From contig JBKDZL010000028.1 in NCBI GenBank assembly GCA_047971145.1, forward strand, positions 11,556-75,555: DNA of 64,000 nt. Reading direction: 5' to 3'. Shown here piece after piece: positions 27,627-37,809 of the stretch. The notes below the pieces were generated by a model. That model searched no databases and was not told the origin of the DNA. It was given only the letters and a program-made list of their open reading frames with translations. The stretch is from Erysipelotrichaceae bacterium. GTDB taxonomy: Bacteria; Bacillota_I; Bacilli_A; Erysipelotrichales; Erysipelotrichaceae. A program made the position numbers and the translations under genes. Positions within the stretch are counted from its first letter, which is position 1; every line of letters starts with the position of its first letter.

Positions 27627-28913
27627 TTACCTTGCCAATCTTTTTGCCTTACGCACACTATCAGTCACTTCAATTTTTGAAGGACAAACATAGCTACATA
27701 AACCACACTCTATACAATTCAAAACTCCTAGTTTTTGAAGAGTAGCTTTATCTTTAATCTTTGCATGTTTCATAATACTAGTTGGTTGCAGTCCTGCAGG
27801 ACAATTTTTGATACATCTACTACATGATAAGCACTCTAATGTTGGCGCACTCTGCTCTACTTTCATCGCAGAAACTGCATTATTACTTAAAGAAATCACC
27901 CATTGATCATTAGGGATAACCTGCCCCATCATTGGTCCACCAGCAACCAAATAAATATCTTCATTATTATAACCACCTAAATGATCAATAATATCTTTGA
28001 CTTTAGTTCCAACTGGAACATCACAGACAGTAGGATTAACTAAAGCATCACCAGAGACAGTAACCATTTTCCGTGTGATACCAATCCCATCAACCATGGC
28101 ATGTCCAAAAGCAATTATTGTCGAAGGATTATTAACAACAATTCCCAACTCACTAGTTAATTTATCATAGCGTTTTTTAAACAATTCATAAATTAAAGTT
28201 CTTTCCCAACCATTAGGATAACGATCCGCAACAAATCTAACTTCTATTTTTGGATCAAGGCTAGTAAAGTAGCTAATAATTTCCTCAACGTTAGTATCTT
28301 CATATTTTTTTACTGCGTATATTACTTTTTCCAGATTAGCCATTTTAATTAGAGCTTTAATACCACGCTGTAAAAATCCTTGATCATCATCAAGCACCAA
28401 ATTGTGACAATCAGATGTCAAATATGGCTCACACTCAACCGCATTAATTACTAAGGTATGAATGTTTTTTGCTTGATATTTGATATAAGTAGGAAAACCA
28501 GCACCACCTAAACCTACAATACCCATTTTTTTGCAAAACTCAATTAATTCTTCCGCTGAAGATTTTTGATAATCAATCAAGCTTAGATCTTTAATTATTT
28601 CATATTTTTTATCATTTTTGATAACTAAATGATCCACCTTACTCAAAGTATCACTAATAATACTCTCAACACCCTCAACAATACCTGAAACACTAGCATA
28701 AAATGGAATATAAAAAGGCTCAGAAGTTGCGCCAATTAACTGCCCAATTTTAACATGATCATTTTCTTTAACAAATAATTGATATTCTTTTGATCCTCGA
28801 TGTGATAGTGGAATTGAAACACTATCAGGATTAAAGCTAATCATTTCCTTATTCTTAGTAAGCATTTTATATCCTTTTAGCTTTTTTTTCATTGAACTAA
28901 CAAATACACTCAT
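27627..28913 (-). CDS. rnfC: Rnf complex subunit C
   Basis: VGLGGAGFPT (NADH/FMN site) and two ferredoxin motifs, CLSCSRCIKNCP and CIECGLCSYVCP. AAGGAG lies 7 nt upstream of the ATG, inside the pgi 3' end. Confidence 0.9.
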   Translation of the reverse strand: MSVFVSSMKKKLKGYKMLTKNKEMISFNPDSVSIPLSHRGSKEYQLFVKENDHVKIGQLIGATSEPFYIPFYASVSGIVEGVESIISDTLSKVDHLVIKNDKKYEIIKDLSLIDYQKSSAEELIEFCKKMGIVGLGGAGFPTYIKYQAKNIHTLVINAVECEPYLTSDCHNLVLDDDQGFLQRGIKALIKMANLEKVIYAVKKYEDTNVEEIISYFTSLDPKIEVRFVADRYPNGWERTLIYELFKKRYDKLTSELGIVVNNPSTIIAFGHAMVDGIGITRKMVTVSGDALVNPTVCDVPVGTKVKDIIDHLGGYNNEDIYLVAGGPMMGQVIPNDQWVISLSNNAVSAMKVEQSAPTLECLSCSRCIKNCPAGLQPTSIMKHAKIKDKATLQKLGVLNCIECGLCSYVCPSKIEVTDSVRKAKRLAR

Positions 28914-28914
28914 C

Positions 28915-30189
28915 TTAATTCTCCTTACCTAATAAAGCAAACATTCGCTTTTTATATACTTCGACCCCTGGCTGATTAAAAGGGTTCTCATTTAATAAAT
29001 ATGTTGTCATGGCGATTGCCTTAAAGAAAAAATAAATCATCATCCCATAACTATACTCACTTGTATCTGCCAGAGAAATAATCAAGTTAGGTACTCTTCC
29101 TTCTTCATAGTGTGCAGCTAAAGTTCCCTTACATGCCATTTTATTAATCCAATCTAAACTCTTACCATTTAAATAGTTTAGTCCATCTAGATTTTCCTTA
29201 TCACTTGGAAAACTACTATCACACATCGGTTTTTCCACCAATAATAACGTTTCAAACAAAACTTTACGACCATCTTGAACAAATTGACCTAAAGAGTGCA
29301 AATCTGTAGAATAATTAACCGCAGTAGGTAACATTCCTCGCTCATTTTTCCCCTCTGATTCACCAAATAATTGTTTCCACCACTCACCAACCATCACTAA
29401 GTTAGACTCATAAGTTACCAAAGTTTCAACTTCTTTATTTTGCTCATTTAAAATTCTGCGAGCAACAGCATATTGGTAAGCAGGATTATCCTTTAAATCA
29501 GCTGTGCTATATAAATCACTAGCAGCACAATAGCCACGCATTATTTCATCAATATCAACACCCGCTACCGCAAGTGGCAATAAACCCACTGGCGTAATAA
29601 CAGAAAATCTTCCACCAATATCATCAGGAATAATAAAAGTTTCATATCCAGCCGCAACTGCTTGAGCTTTTAATACCCCTTTTTGTTTATCAGTTGTGGC
29701 AATAATTCTTTCACTTGCCTTCTCTTTATAAGTTTCCTCAATATATTGTCTTAAGATTCTAAAAGCCACTGCAGTTTCGGTAGTAGTTCCTGATTTACTA
29801 ATAACATTTAAATAAACTGACTTACCTTTAATATGGGCTAATACTTGATTTAAATATGTAGAAGAAAAAGTATTACCCACATATATAATCTCTAGATTTC
29901 TTTTAGGAAATAATCCTTGAATCATTTCAATTGCACTGCGAGCCCCCAAATACGAACCACCAATACCACAAACCAAAAGAATTTCAGCATCATTTCTAAT
30001 GCGCTCTGCACATTTTTTAATTCTTTCAAATTCAGCTTTGTCGTAGTTTTGCGACCAATCTAGCCAACCTAAAAAATCAGATCCTTTACCAGTTTTATTA
30101 TGTAACTCTTTATGAGCTTTACTAACAACATCCTGGTATGAATTAATTTCTTGATTTAACAGACCAAATTTAGCGTCAAATTTAATCAT
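28915..30189 (-). CDS. pgi: Glucose-6-phosphate isomerase
   Basis: CGIGGSYLGARS, ISKSGTTTET, DIGGRFSV and GESEGK are the bacterial ~450-aa type PGI signatures. Confidence 0.93.
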   Translation of the reverse strand: MIKFDAKFGLLNQEINSYQDVVSKAHKELHNKTGKGSDFLGWLDWSQNYDKAEFERIKKCAERIRNDAEILLVCGIGGSYLGARSAIEMIQGLFPKRNLEIIYVGNTFSSTYLNQVLAHIKGKSVYLNVISKSGTTTETAVAFRILRQYIEETYKEKASERIIATTDKQKGVLKAQAVAAGYETFIIPDDIGGRFSVITPVGLLPLAVAGVDIDEIMRGYCAASDLYSTADLKDNPAYQYAVARRILNEQNKEVETLVTYESNLVMVGEWWKQLFGESEGKNERGMLPTAVNYSTDLHSLGQFVQDGRKVLFETLLLVEKPMCDSSFPSDKENLDGLNYLNGKSLDWINKMACKGTLAAHYEEGRVPNLIISLADTSEYSYGMMIYFFFKAIAMTTYLLNENPFNQPGVEVYKKRMFALLGKEN

Positions 30190-30349
30190 TCCATTCTCCT
30201 TTATTCATTTTAAACACACTAGTTAATTATATCACAATTATAAGTGTTTTTTTTAGTTTTCACCTAAAAATAACTAGATTTATTCAAAGTAACATAATAA
30301 CAATTATTGATCACATTAATATATCAATGAAACACTAATAGTATCCAGC

Positions 30350-30378
30350 TTGACAGATAAACAACAACGATATAAAGT
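30350..30378 (+). promoter_or_regulatory. Candidate promoter TTGACA-17 nt-TAAAGT upstream of nfu
   Basis: TTGACA at 30350-30355 and TAAAGT at 30373-30378. Confidence 0.5.
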
Positions 30379-30413
30379 ATTAAATAATTAGATATTAGAA
30401 AGATGAGGTAATA

Positions 30414-30644
30414 ATGGAAGAACAAGTTCTAGCAGTAATAGAAAAAATACGCCCCTATATCCAAATGGATGGTGGCGATTTAGAATTTGTCAGTTTAGAT
30501 GAAGAAAATGGCATTGTCTATATAAAAATGGGTGGCGCTTGTGTTGGCTGTTTCGCCATTGATGATACTCTAACCTATGGTATTGAAGCAATGATGTTAG
30601 AAGAAGTAGATGGTGTTAAAGAAGTAAGACTGATTGATCAATAA
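30414..30644 (+). CDS. NifU C-terminal domain (Nfu-type) Fe-S cluster carrier
   Basis: 76 aa. IRPYIQMDGGDLEFVSLDEENGIVYIKMGGACVGC carries the Nfu CxxC motif. Confidence 0.85.
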   Translation: MEEQVLAVIEKIRPYIQMDGGDLEFVSLDEENGIVYIKMGGACVGCFAIDDTLTYGIEAMMLEEVDGVKEVRLIDQ

Positions 30645-30650
30645 TCCAAT

Positions 30651-30685
30651 AACCTCTTGGCTAACTTACAACCAAGAGGTTTTAT
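30651..30685. terminator. Rho-independent terminator after nfu (convergent with the AI-2E transporter gene)
   Basis: AACCTCTTGG-loop-CCAAGAGGTT followed by TTTAT. Confidence 0.6.
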
Positions 30686-31836
30686 ATACTTTTAACCTCA
30701 ATATCTACTACATCAGATTTTTTTATTTTTTTGTCCATTAAATGACCAAAAATAGTATAACATGAAGAGAAAATTGGTAAACCTAAAAGCATACCAAACA
30801 CTCCATATAATCCCCCTCCAACAACAATGGCAAACATTACCCAAAACAAAGGCAACTTCATAGAATCCTTCAAAATAAAAGGACCAATAATATTACCATC
30901 TAATTGTTGAAGTACTAAAACAAATAAACAAAACCACAAAGCTTGAATTGGATTAATAATTAAAATAATAATCACCCCTGGTACCGCACCAATAAAAGGT
31001 CCAAACACTGGAATCATATTACTAATACCAATAATAGTACTGATTAAAATAGGATAAGGGAATTGAAAAATCTTCATGCCCACAAAACAAAGCAGACCAA
31101 TAATTATTGAATCAATACTCTTGCCAATCAAAAATCCATTAAATTTATCACTAAATACTTTAACACAAGACAAAACAAAGTCACCTTTATTTTTGAAAAG
31201 ATAATAATTTAATCTTCTAAACTGAATATCTAAATGCTCCTTATCTTTTAAGACATAAAACGCAACTACAAAGGCCACAAAAACATTAAATATCCCATAA
31301 AGCAAGGACAAAGAAAAACCAAATATCGAAGGTAACCATTTTGTTAAGTAAGTTTGAAAATTGCTTAAAAGATTATAAAAATCTTGATTAGTAAAATCAC
31401 TAATATACTCTTTAATTTGAGGAAATCTCTCAGAAATACTAGCCACAAACACATTAATTTTTTCTAATAGAGTTGGTACATATTTTGTTAAATCATCAAT
31501 TGAAGTAATAATTTGAGGAATTAATGCCGCAAAAAATAAAACAATAACTGAGACAATTACTAAAAAAGATCCAGTAGCTGCCAAATTTTTAATAAAGCGC
31601 TTAGATAATTTACTATTATCAAATAATTTAATAATTTTTTTTCTAATTGGCAGGGCTAAAAAAGCAATACCGTAACCTAAAATAAATGGTGTTATTATCG
31701 CAAATATTAATTTTAAAAAATTTGTAACTGCAGGAAGTTTATTTAAAAACATATAAAAAGAAACAATGCCAATACCAATTATTATTCCAGTAAAAATTTT
31801 ATCTTTATTTTCTTTAAACAATTTAAACATACTCAC
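30682..31836 (-). CDS. AI-2E family transporter (PerM/UPF0118)
   Basis: 384 aa, 8 TM helices. The C-terminal region ISNMIPVFGPFIGAVPGVII...LQQLDGNIIGP is typical of the family. Confidence 0.8.
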   Translation of the reverse strand: MSMFKLFKENKDKIFTGIIIGIGIVSFYMFLNKLPAVTNFLKLIFAIITPFILGYGIAFLALPIRKKIIKLFDNSKLSKRFIKNLAATGSFLVIVSVIVLFFAALIPQIITSIDDLTKYVPTLLEKINVFVASISERFPQIKEYISDFTNQDFYNLLSNFQTYLTKWLPSIFGFSLSLLYGIFNVFVAFVVAFYVLKDKEHLDIQFRRLNYYLFKNKGDFVLSCVKVFSDKFNGFLIGKSIDSIIIGLLCFVGMKIFQFPYPILISTIIGISNMIPVFGPFIGAVPGVIIILIINPIQALWFCLFVLVLQQLDGNIIGPFILKDSMKLPLFWVMFAIVVGGGLYGVFGMLLGLPIFSSCYTIFGHLMDKKIKKSDVVDIEVKSI

Positions 31837-31844
31837 CTCTTATG

Positions 31845-33683
31845 TTATTTATTATAACCTTTATTCATTATTTTTTCACGTAATTCTAAATATTTCTGAC
31901 TAACTTCATAATTTGCTTGATTTTCTAAGTAACCCCAACCAAAAGCACACTCACTAAGAGCAATAATAGGAGGCGCTTGAATCCGCTTAAATACATTGCG
32001 TTTTAAGAGTTTTAAAACCCATTCTAAATCTTCAATAAAGGCCTGACCATTAGTCAAATTATAAACTTTTAGGTAAGAGCCAATCTCGCTATCGTAAATA
32101 CTCTGATCTAAATAACTTTGTAGTAGCTTTTCTAATTGCATATTAGGATAACTAAGTAATTGCTTAATAAGCAAATCATGATAGCCCCATTTCATCGGGT
32201 CTTGTTGATTTTCTGCCAGTTCAGCACTAGGACTAATATCAAAGCTTAATTGCTGATGCTTGATGGTTGGAATTAATTTAGTAGAAATCACGTCTTTAGC
32301 AAAATATTTATTAATTTGTTTTGCTAAAGCAAATAATTCAATTTTTGATAAATCTCCCAATGGTGCAATTGCCCCAATCAAATCACCATATAAGGTACAA
32401 TATCCTAAAGCTAATTCTACTTTATTTCCATTATTAATAATTACTCCATTATTATTAGAGGCAAAACTACTAAGTAAATGCCCTCTAATTCTTGCATAAA
32501 TATTTTCAATCGCTAAGGAATTAAGTTCTTTGCTTTCAGTTTGTTTTATTGTGTTTATTGTTGTTTGTACTAACGGTTCTATCTCAACACTTTGATACTC
32601 AATTTTTAATGCTTTAGCTGTTAGCTCAGCAGATTCAATAGTTTTAGTAGTATTAAACTTACTAGGTAAATTATAAGCCTTAACCCTATTTGCACCCAAA
32701 GCCATTGTAAGTAAAGCAGCAGAAATTGAGCTATCAATACCGCCTGATAAGCCAATAATCCAATTAACTTGAGCATTAAACATTTCCTGATCAAATGATT
32801 TCAGACCATAGAGTAAAGCTTGGAGTAATTTATCATCATTTGCCTTATACTCCTCTTTATTTTCATAGATTTTAAGCTCACTTTGAAAACTATCATTAGC
32901 TAAACAAACTAAAGACCCTTGATCAAAAATCATACTATTACCATCAAATAATACTAGATTTTTACCATTGTTTTGTGCACTGACACAATTGGAATAAATA
33001 AATAGTCCTTGATAACCACTGTTAATTATTTCCTGAATTCTAGTTTTTTCTTTTGCGTGTGAGTATGGTGAGCTCGAAACATTAATAATCATGTCAACTT
33101 TCTGCTGATTATAAATATCAGTAACCTTAGTAGAGTAATTTTCAGAAAATAAATCTTCACATACTTCAAGACCAATCTGATACTCTAAACCATTAAAATC
33201 AAAAATATATGGCGCAAGTAAATCTACACTATTAATATGTTCATATTGAGCATACTCTATTGCCGATGTGAAATAGCGACTTTCATTAAAAACATTATAA
33301 TCCGGTTGTAAATGTTTGATATAATGAGCTACCTCACCATTGCTTCTTTTAACATAATTCCCCTGATAAGCAAATAAAGCACTATTAAACTTCACCATAC
33401 GGCCATCTCTGCCAACAATACAATCATCAGTAGTTACACTACCCCATACTATCGCAATATTATCACTTAAATCTTTTATTTTATCATTAAAAGAAATAAC
33501 AAATCTCACCCATTCGTCATCACACCATTTATCCGCTAGCATATATCCTGCAACACATTGCTCAGGAAAAACAATTAAATCAACATTATTTTTTTTAGCA
33601 GCATTAACCATTTTTTCAATGGCTAAATAGTTTTTAGTTGGCTGTCCTGCAAATACTTCTATTTGTCCTAAGGCGATTTTCAT
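31845..33683 (-). CDS. nadE: Glutamine-dependent NAD+ synthetase (N-terminal CN-hydrolase domain plus NAD synthase domain)
   Basis: MKIALGQIEVFAGQP...PE...CED nitrilase-like domain, plus the PP-loop GLSGGIDSS. Confidence 0.9.
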   Translation of the reverse strand: MKIALGQIEVFAGQPTKNYLAIEKMVNAAKKNNVDLIVFPEQCVAGYMLADKWCDDEWVRFVISFNDKIKDLSDNIAIVWGSVTTDDCIVGRDGRMVKFNSALFAYQGNYVKRSNGEVAHYIKHLQPDYNVFNESRYFTSAIEYAQYEHINSVDLLAPYIFDFNGLEYQIGLEVCEDLFSENYSTKVTDIYNQQKVDMIINVSSSPYSHAKEKTRIQEIINSGYQGLFIYSNCVSAQNNGKNLVLFDGNSMIFDQGSLVCLANDSFQSELKIYENKEEYKANDDKLLQALLYGLKSFDQEMFNAQVNWIIGLSGGIDSSISAALLTMALGANRVKAYNLPSKFNTTKTIESAELTAKALKIEYQSVEIEPLVQTTINTIKQTESKELNSLAIENIYARIRGHLLSSFASNNNGVIINNGNKVELALGYCTLYGDLIGAIAPLGDLSKIELFALAKQINKYFAKDVISTKLIPTIKHQQLSFDISPSAELAENQQDPMKWGYHDLLIKQLLSYPNMQLEKLLQSYLDQSIYDSEIGSYLKVYNLTNGQAFIEDLEWVLKLLKRNVFKRIQAPPIIALSECAFGWGYLENQANYEVSQKYLELREKIMNKGYNK

Positions 33684-33684
33684 A

Positions 33685-35370
33685 TTAACTCTCCAATAAT
33701 TTCAACAATTCTAAGGCGGCAATATTAAGTTTATCCTTATCTGCTGATAATCCTAAATGACTATATATTTCACCAACATAAACCCCATTAGCAAATAATG
33801 TTTTAAATACTTGATCAAACAACATATCACACTTATCAATTCTTTGCATCGGACCAAAAGGATTAGCAAAATAAGTTTTAGTAATGCCACTCTCATCAGT
33901 AGTTCCTAAAGCCATACGCTTACCTTCAATGAAAGCTTCTCTAGCTGAGCTAAAATCTTTAAATTGACTAATACCGACATTATCAGCATAATTATTTGCA
34001 TAAAAAACCATATCCACATTGTATTCCTGAGTAATGCCTGTATAAGAGTTGACAGGTGAGATAACTCTAGCATTTGCCATATGGGCATTAAAAAAGATTG
34101 AGCGATCAATATCTTTATAAGCAGAGGATTTATCTAAGTCATCTAATCTTAAAAAAGCTCCTATTTCACTACCAATTGAAACAACTCTACCATCTTTAAT
34201 ATACATAGTGCCCATATCATCATAGATAATATCCATATTGGCAATATCATCACTTCCTATTGAACCTAAAGCTTCAATAGATTCACTCTTACCAGCCCCA
34301 GAATCACCAATAAAAGCTACCGTTTTCTTTTTACCATTTTTTAGAGTAATATTTATCATTGAGCCATGAATTGGCAATTGATTTTGATTAATAGTTTTTA
34401 AATTATGAATTGTTAGAGTCATTTTCTTCATATAACCAAAATAATCCATACGTTGATGATAAGAAACGGAACCAATTATCACATCATTGATTTTATCTTC
34501 ATAAAAGACACATTGGTTTTGATTATCATCATTACCAAATAATAGAATTAAATCAGGTTTACACTTACAATCTTCCTCACTAGCTAGCGTAAAAAGATTA
34601 CTTAAACCTACTGCACTTGCTAAAAAATCCTTATGAAAATAAATATAGGCTAAAGATTTACCAACCTTAGCAGGATAGCACAACCATTCATCTTCTTTAA
34701 ATTTAAAATTAATAATAGGATTTTGAAATATTTCATCGATGCTCCCAACTCTCTTATTATTTTTAGAAGTTAAAATTAATGGTGTTCTTAACATCAAAGA
34801 ATTAATAAAAGGAATGCGCCATAAATCACTATATAAAGTTGGTAAAAAAGACTTATAGTTTTTCAAAACCAACATCGCATTAGTACCAGAGTGCAATTGG
34901 CGATAAACATTATTCTTTTCACCTTTTAATTTTTCTTGAATTAAACGATATAAAGAAATAACTAAATTATTAAATTTAGTATCCATTTCAATAAAACCCA
35001 GACCTTCTGTCATAATAGAAGTATAAGAATATAATAAAGAAAAACGCTGAAATTTACGGAGATAATTATAGATATCTTCAATAATACTATCAAATAACGA
35101 TTTATCCTCTAATAAGCGATGATTAATTTCCTGCAAATCATAGATTAAAAATAATCTAATTAAAGAAATAAACTCCTCTACCGTTTTTTCGGGGCTATCT
35201 TTATACAAATAATGATAATAATCATCATGACGACCTAATAAATCTTGAAAGTATTTAGCAATAAAACTTTTAAATTCACTTGATTTAACTAATTGCTGAT
35301 GTGAATTAAAATACTTTTTTGAATAATTAAAGATTATTAAATTGTCTTTGTTATAGATGGCTGGTTGCAT
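33685..35370 (-). CDS. Uncharacterised protein with C-terminal HPr-kinase/PEPCK-like P-loop domain
   Basis: 561 aa. LPIHGSMINI...VAFIGDSGAGKSESIEALGS...DIIYDDMG (P-loop at nt 34285-34308) resembles the HprK/P catalytic core. The first ~330 aa match nothing I recognise. GGAGGA RBS. Its stop lies 1 nt from the nadE ATG. Confidence 0.5.
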   Translation of the reverse strand: MQPAIYNKDNLIIFNYSKKYFNSHQQLVKSSEFKSFIAKYFQDLLGRHDDYYHYLYKDSPEKTVEEFISLIRLFLIYDLQEINHRLLEDKSLFDSIIEDIYNYLRKFQRFSLLYSYTSIMTEGLGFIEMDTKFNNLVISLYRLIQEKLKGEKNNVYRQLHSGTNAMLVLKNYKSFLPTLYSDLWRIPFINSLMLRTPLILTSKNNKRVGSIDEIFQNPIINFKFKEDEWLCYPAKVGKSLAYIYFHKDFLASAVGLSNLFTLASEEDCKCKPDLILLFGNDDNQNQCVFYEDKINDVIIGSVSYHQRMDYFGYMKKMTLTIHNLKTINQNQLPIHGSMINITLKNGKKKTVAFIGDSGAGKSESIEALGSIGSDDIANMDIIYDDMGTMYIKDGRVVSIGSEIGAFLRLDDLDKSSAYKDIDRSIFFNAHMANARVISPVNSYTGITQEYNVDMVFYANNYADNVGISQFKDFSSAREAFIEGKRMALGTTDESGITKTYFANPFGPMQRIDKCDMLFDQVFKTLFANGVYVGEIYSHLGLSADKDKLNIAALELLKLLES

Positions 35371-35440
35371 GAATTCCTCCTAGAAATATAAGTGTTACAG
35401 AAAAATTATCACAGTTCTATTTTACTATATTTTCTGAACT

Positions 35441-35469
35441 AATAAAATAAAAGCGAATCTTGATTCGCT
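35441..35469 (-). terminator. Rho-independent terminator after the lipoprotein gene
   Basis: Reverse strand has AAGCGAATC-aa-GATTCGCTT followed by TTATTTTAT. Confidence 0.6.
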
Positions 35470-36026
35470 TAATCTAATGAAAATGGTAATTCAAAATCAT
35501 CAATTATGATAGTGAAACTATAGCTTCCTTGTAAATATTGAACAGTATTTTCAGTCTTAGAAATTTTAAATTTTCTATCATTATTAGTGCTCTCAGCAAT
35601 ATAAAATTCTTCATCTTCGCTATACTTAACAACAACTTCAATATCATCTAACTCACTGACAACACTTAAATAGTAATTACTTAAGGTTGATTGAGTTTCC
35701 TCACAAAAACTTTTTACTTTATCAGCATTATAATCTTGTAGTACTCCTGCAAAAGACTCAGCATATCTACCATCAATATTACAAAAAGTTCTTTGGGTAA
35801 TATCATTTAACACTCCATCAATTGCAAAACTATCTGCATTTAAAAAATACACAGTATTAGTTCCTAACTCAGCTTCAGTTGTGAAAATGTAACTGTTAGT
35901 TTCCATCAATGTATTAAACTCTTCTAGTTTAGCGTCAAATTTACTCTGTATTTCTGATTCTTCACTACTACAACCAATTAAAAGCAATAATATTAAGCTA
36001 CTTATTAATAAACTAATTTTTTTCAT
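35469..36026 (-). CDS. Hypothetical lipoprotein
   Basis: Signal peptide with lipobox LLLLIGC. AAGGAG RBS. No recognisable domain. Confidence 0.6.
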   Translation of the reverse strand: MKKISLLISSLILLLLIGCSSEESEIQSKFDAKLEEFNTLMETNSYIFTTEAELGTNTVYFLNADSFAIDGVLNDITQRTFCNIDGRYAESFAGVLQDYNADKVKSFCEETQSTLSNYYLSVVSELDDIEVVVKYSEDEEFYIAESTNNDRKFKISKTENTVQYLQGSYSFTIIIDDFELPFSLD

Positions 36027-36045
36027 TTTGACTCCTTTTTATATA

Positions 36046-36079
36046 TTAATTTTAAAAACTAGTGTAATACACTAGTTTA
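36046..36079 (-). terminator. Rho-independent terminator after apt
   Basis: Reverse strand has AAACTAGTGT-att-ACACTAGTTT followed by TTAAAATT. The stem includes the apt stop codon. Confidence 0.6.
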
Positions 36080-36589
36080 ATATTTCATAATCGCAAAGGT
36101 TGGATAATTACTAATTAACTCACGACCCTTCAAATCCTCTAATTCAATTAAAAAGGCACAACCAACTACAATACCACCAAGTTGTTCTATCAATTTAATA
36201 GTGCCCTCAACAGTACCACCAGTGGCAAGTAAATCATCGACAATTAAAACTCGCTCACCTGGTTTAATCGCATCTTTATGAATATGTAATTCATTAGAGC
36301 CATATTCTAAATCATATTTTATTGAAACTGTTTCTCTTGGTAATTTATTGGGCTTTCTAATTGGTACAAAACCAATCTTTAAATCAAAAGCTACAGGACA
36401 GCCAAAAATAAAACCTCTTGATTCAGGTCCTACTACTAAATCACAGTCCAAATCTTTCGCAAATTCAATCATTTGTTGAGTAGCTGATCTAAAAGCTTCG
36501 CCATCAGCCATTAATGGAGTAATATCTCTAAACAATATTCCTTTACTAGGATAATCTGGAACACTGGCAATATAATCTTTTAAATTCAT
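36077..36589 (-). CDS. apt: Adenine phosphoribosyltransferase
   Basis: [24 protein letters not shown], and the PRPP loop [13 protein letters not shown]. Confidence 0.95.
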   Translation of the reverse strand: MNLKDYIASVPDYPSKGILFRDITPLMADGEAFRSATQQMIEFAKDLDCDLVVGPESRGFIFGCPVAFDLKIGFVPIRKPNKLPRETVSIKYDLEYGSNELHIHKDAIKPGERVLIVDDLLATGGTVEGTIKLIEQLGGIVVGCAFLIELEDLKGRELISNYPTFAIMKY

Positions 36590-36591
36590 CT

Positions 36592-37320
36592 TTAAATATC
36601 CCCTTTAGCTAATTCCAAAGCGATTTTCATCATATTAGTAAAAGCAGTTTGACGTTCATCAGCACTAGTTTCTTCTTTAGTTACTAGATTATCAGAAATT
36701 GTTAATAAACAAGCTGCTTTTTTACCTAAGACTTTAGCATTATGGAAAAGGGCAAATGATTCCATTTCCACACAAAGGCAACCCTTTTCATCATATAAAT
36801 CTAAAGCCGATTTCTCAGAATCATTATAAAAAACATCACTAGAATGGATTGGGCTATGATGAACTGGAATCTTTAAATCTTTCGCAATATCAAGTATTTT
36901 CTCATTAAGTACTTCACTAGGATAAGTGAACTCTTCTGAATAACCATTTTGTACCTTAGCATAAGTAGATTGACTATAGGCAGAACTCGCCAAAACCACA
37001 TCATAAAGCTTAGCTTTTTCAGTATAAGCCCCAGCACTACCAATACGAACAATTGCCTTCACATCATAAAACTTAAATAATTCATAAGAATAAATACCGA
37101 TAGAGGGCATTCCCATACCAGATCCCATAACCGATATTTTATGACCTTGATAAGTTCCTGTATAACCAAACATATTTCTAACTGTATTGAACTCAACTAC
37201 ATCATTTAAGAAAGTATCCGCAATAAATTTGGCTCTAAGAGGATCACCTGGCATTAAAACAACATCAGCTATTTCATTTAATCCTGCTTTATTATGAGCA
37301 GTACCTTTAAAATTATTCAT
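36592..37320 (-). CDS. deoD: Purine nucleoside phosphorylase, DeoD type
   Basis: [36 protein letters not shown] and VEMESFALF. Confidence 0.92.
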   Translation of the reverse strand: MNNFKGTAHNKAGLNEIADVVLMPGDPLRAKFIADTFLNDVVEFNTVRNMFGYTGTYQGHKISVMGSGMGMPSIGIYSYELFKFYDVKAIVRIGSAGAYTEKAKLYDVVLASSAYSQSTYAKVQNGYSEEFTYPSEVLNEKILDIAKDLKIPVHHSPIHSSDVFYNDSEKSALDLYDEKGCLCVEMESFALFHNAKVLGKKAACLLTISDNLVTKEETSADERQTAFTNMMKIALELAKGDI

Positions 37321-37371
37321 TTGTATCTCCTTATTGTTACAAAGTTATTTTACCACATAATCAATTTTGAT

Positions 37372-37403
37372 AAAAGAAAAAAAGGTTAACAAGACGTAAC
37401 CTT
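37372..37403 (-). terminator. Rho-independent terminator after the DUF2752 gene
   Basis: Reverse strand has AAGGTTA-cgtcttgt-TAACCTT followed by TTTTTTTC. Confidence 0.6.
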
Positions 37404-37809
37404 AAGTAAAGAGATTTAATAAAAAACTAAACAAGTTATCTTGATTATAAGATAGAGGTTTATCAGGAAAGATTGTAATCATACGCTGGATATAAACCAA
37501 TAATAATAAGCCAGCAAAAATTATTGTAGCCCACTTAACAATTTTATTATCAAAATTATGAAATTTAATAAAACTTAGACCAATAATTAGAAAGTATAAG
37601 ACACACACTAGCACTAATGGGTGAAAATAAAGAGCTGTGCTAACATCAAATTTAAAAAACAAATGATACAGAGCGCTACTCATACCACAACCCGGACAAG
37701 GAAGTCCTAATATTTTTTCTGTGGGACAAAACACTCCAAACAGTAAGATAAATAAAGTTAATGAAACACTAACTAAAATTATATCTAATAATTTATAGTT
37801 TTTTATCAC
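37402..37809 (-). CDS. DUF2752-like membrane protein
   Basis: 135 aa with the LPCPGCGMSSALYHL motif (CPxCG) after TM1, characteristic of DUF2752. Confidence 0.7.
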   Translation of the reverse strand: MIKNYKLLDIILVSVSLTLFILLFGVFCPTEKILGLPCPGCGMSSALYHLFFKFDVSTALYFHPLVLVCVLYFLIIGLSFIKFHNFDNKIVKWATIIFAGLLLLVYIQRMITIFPDKPLSYNQDNLFSFLLNLFT

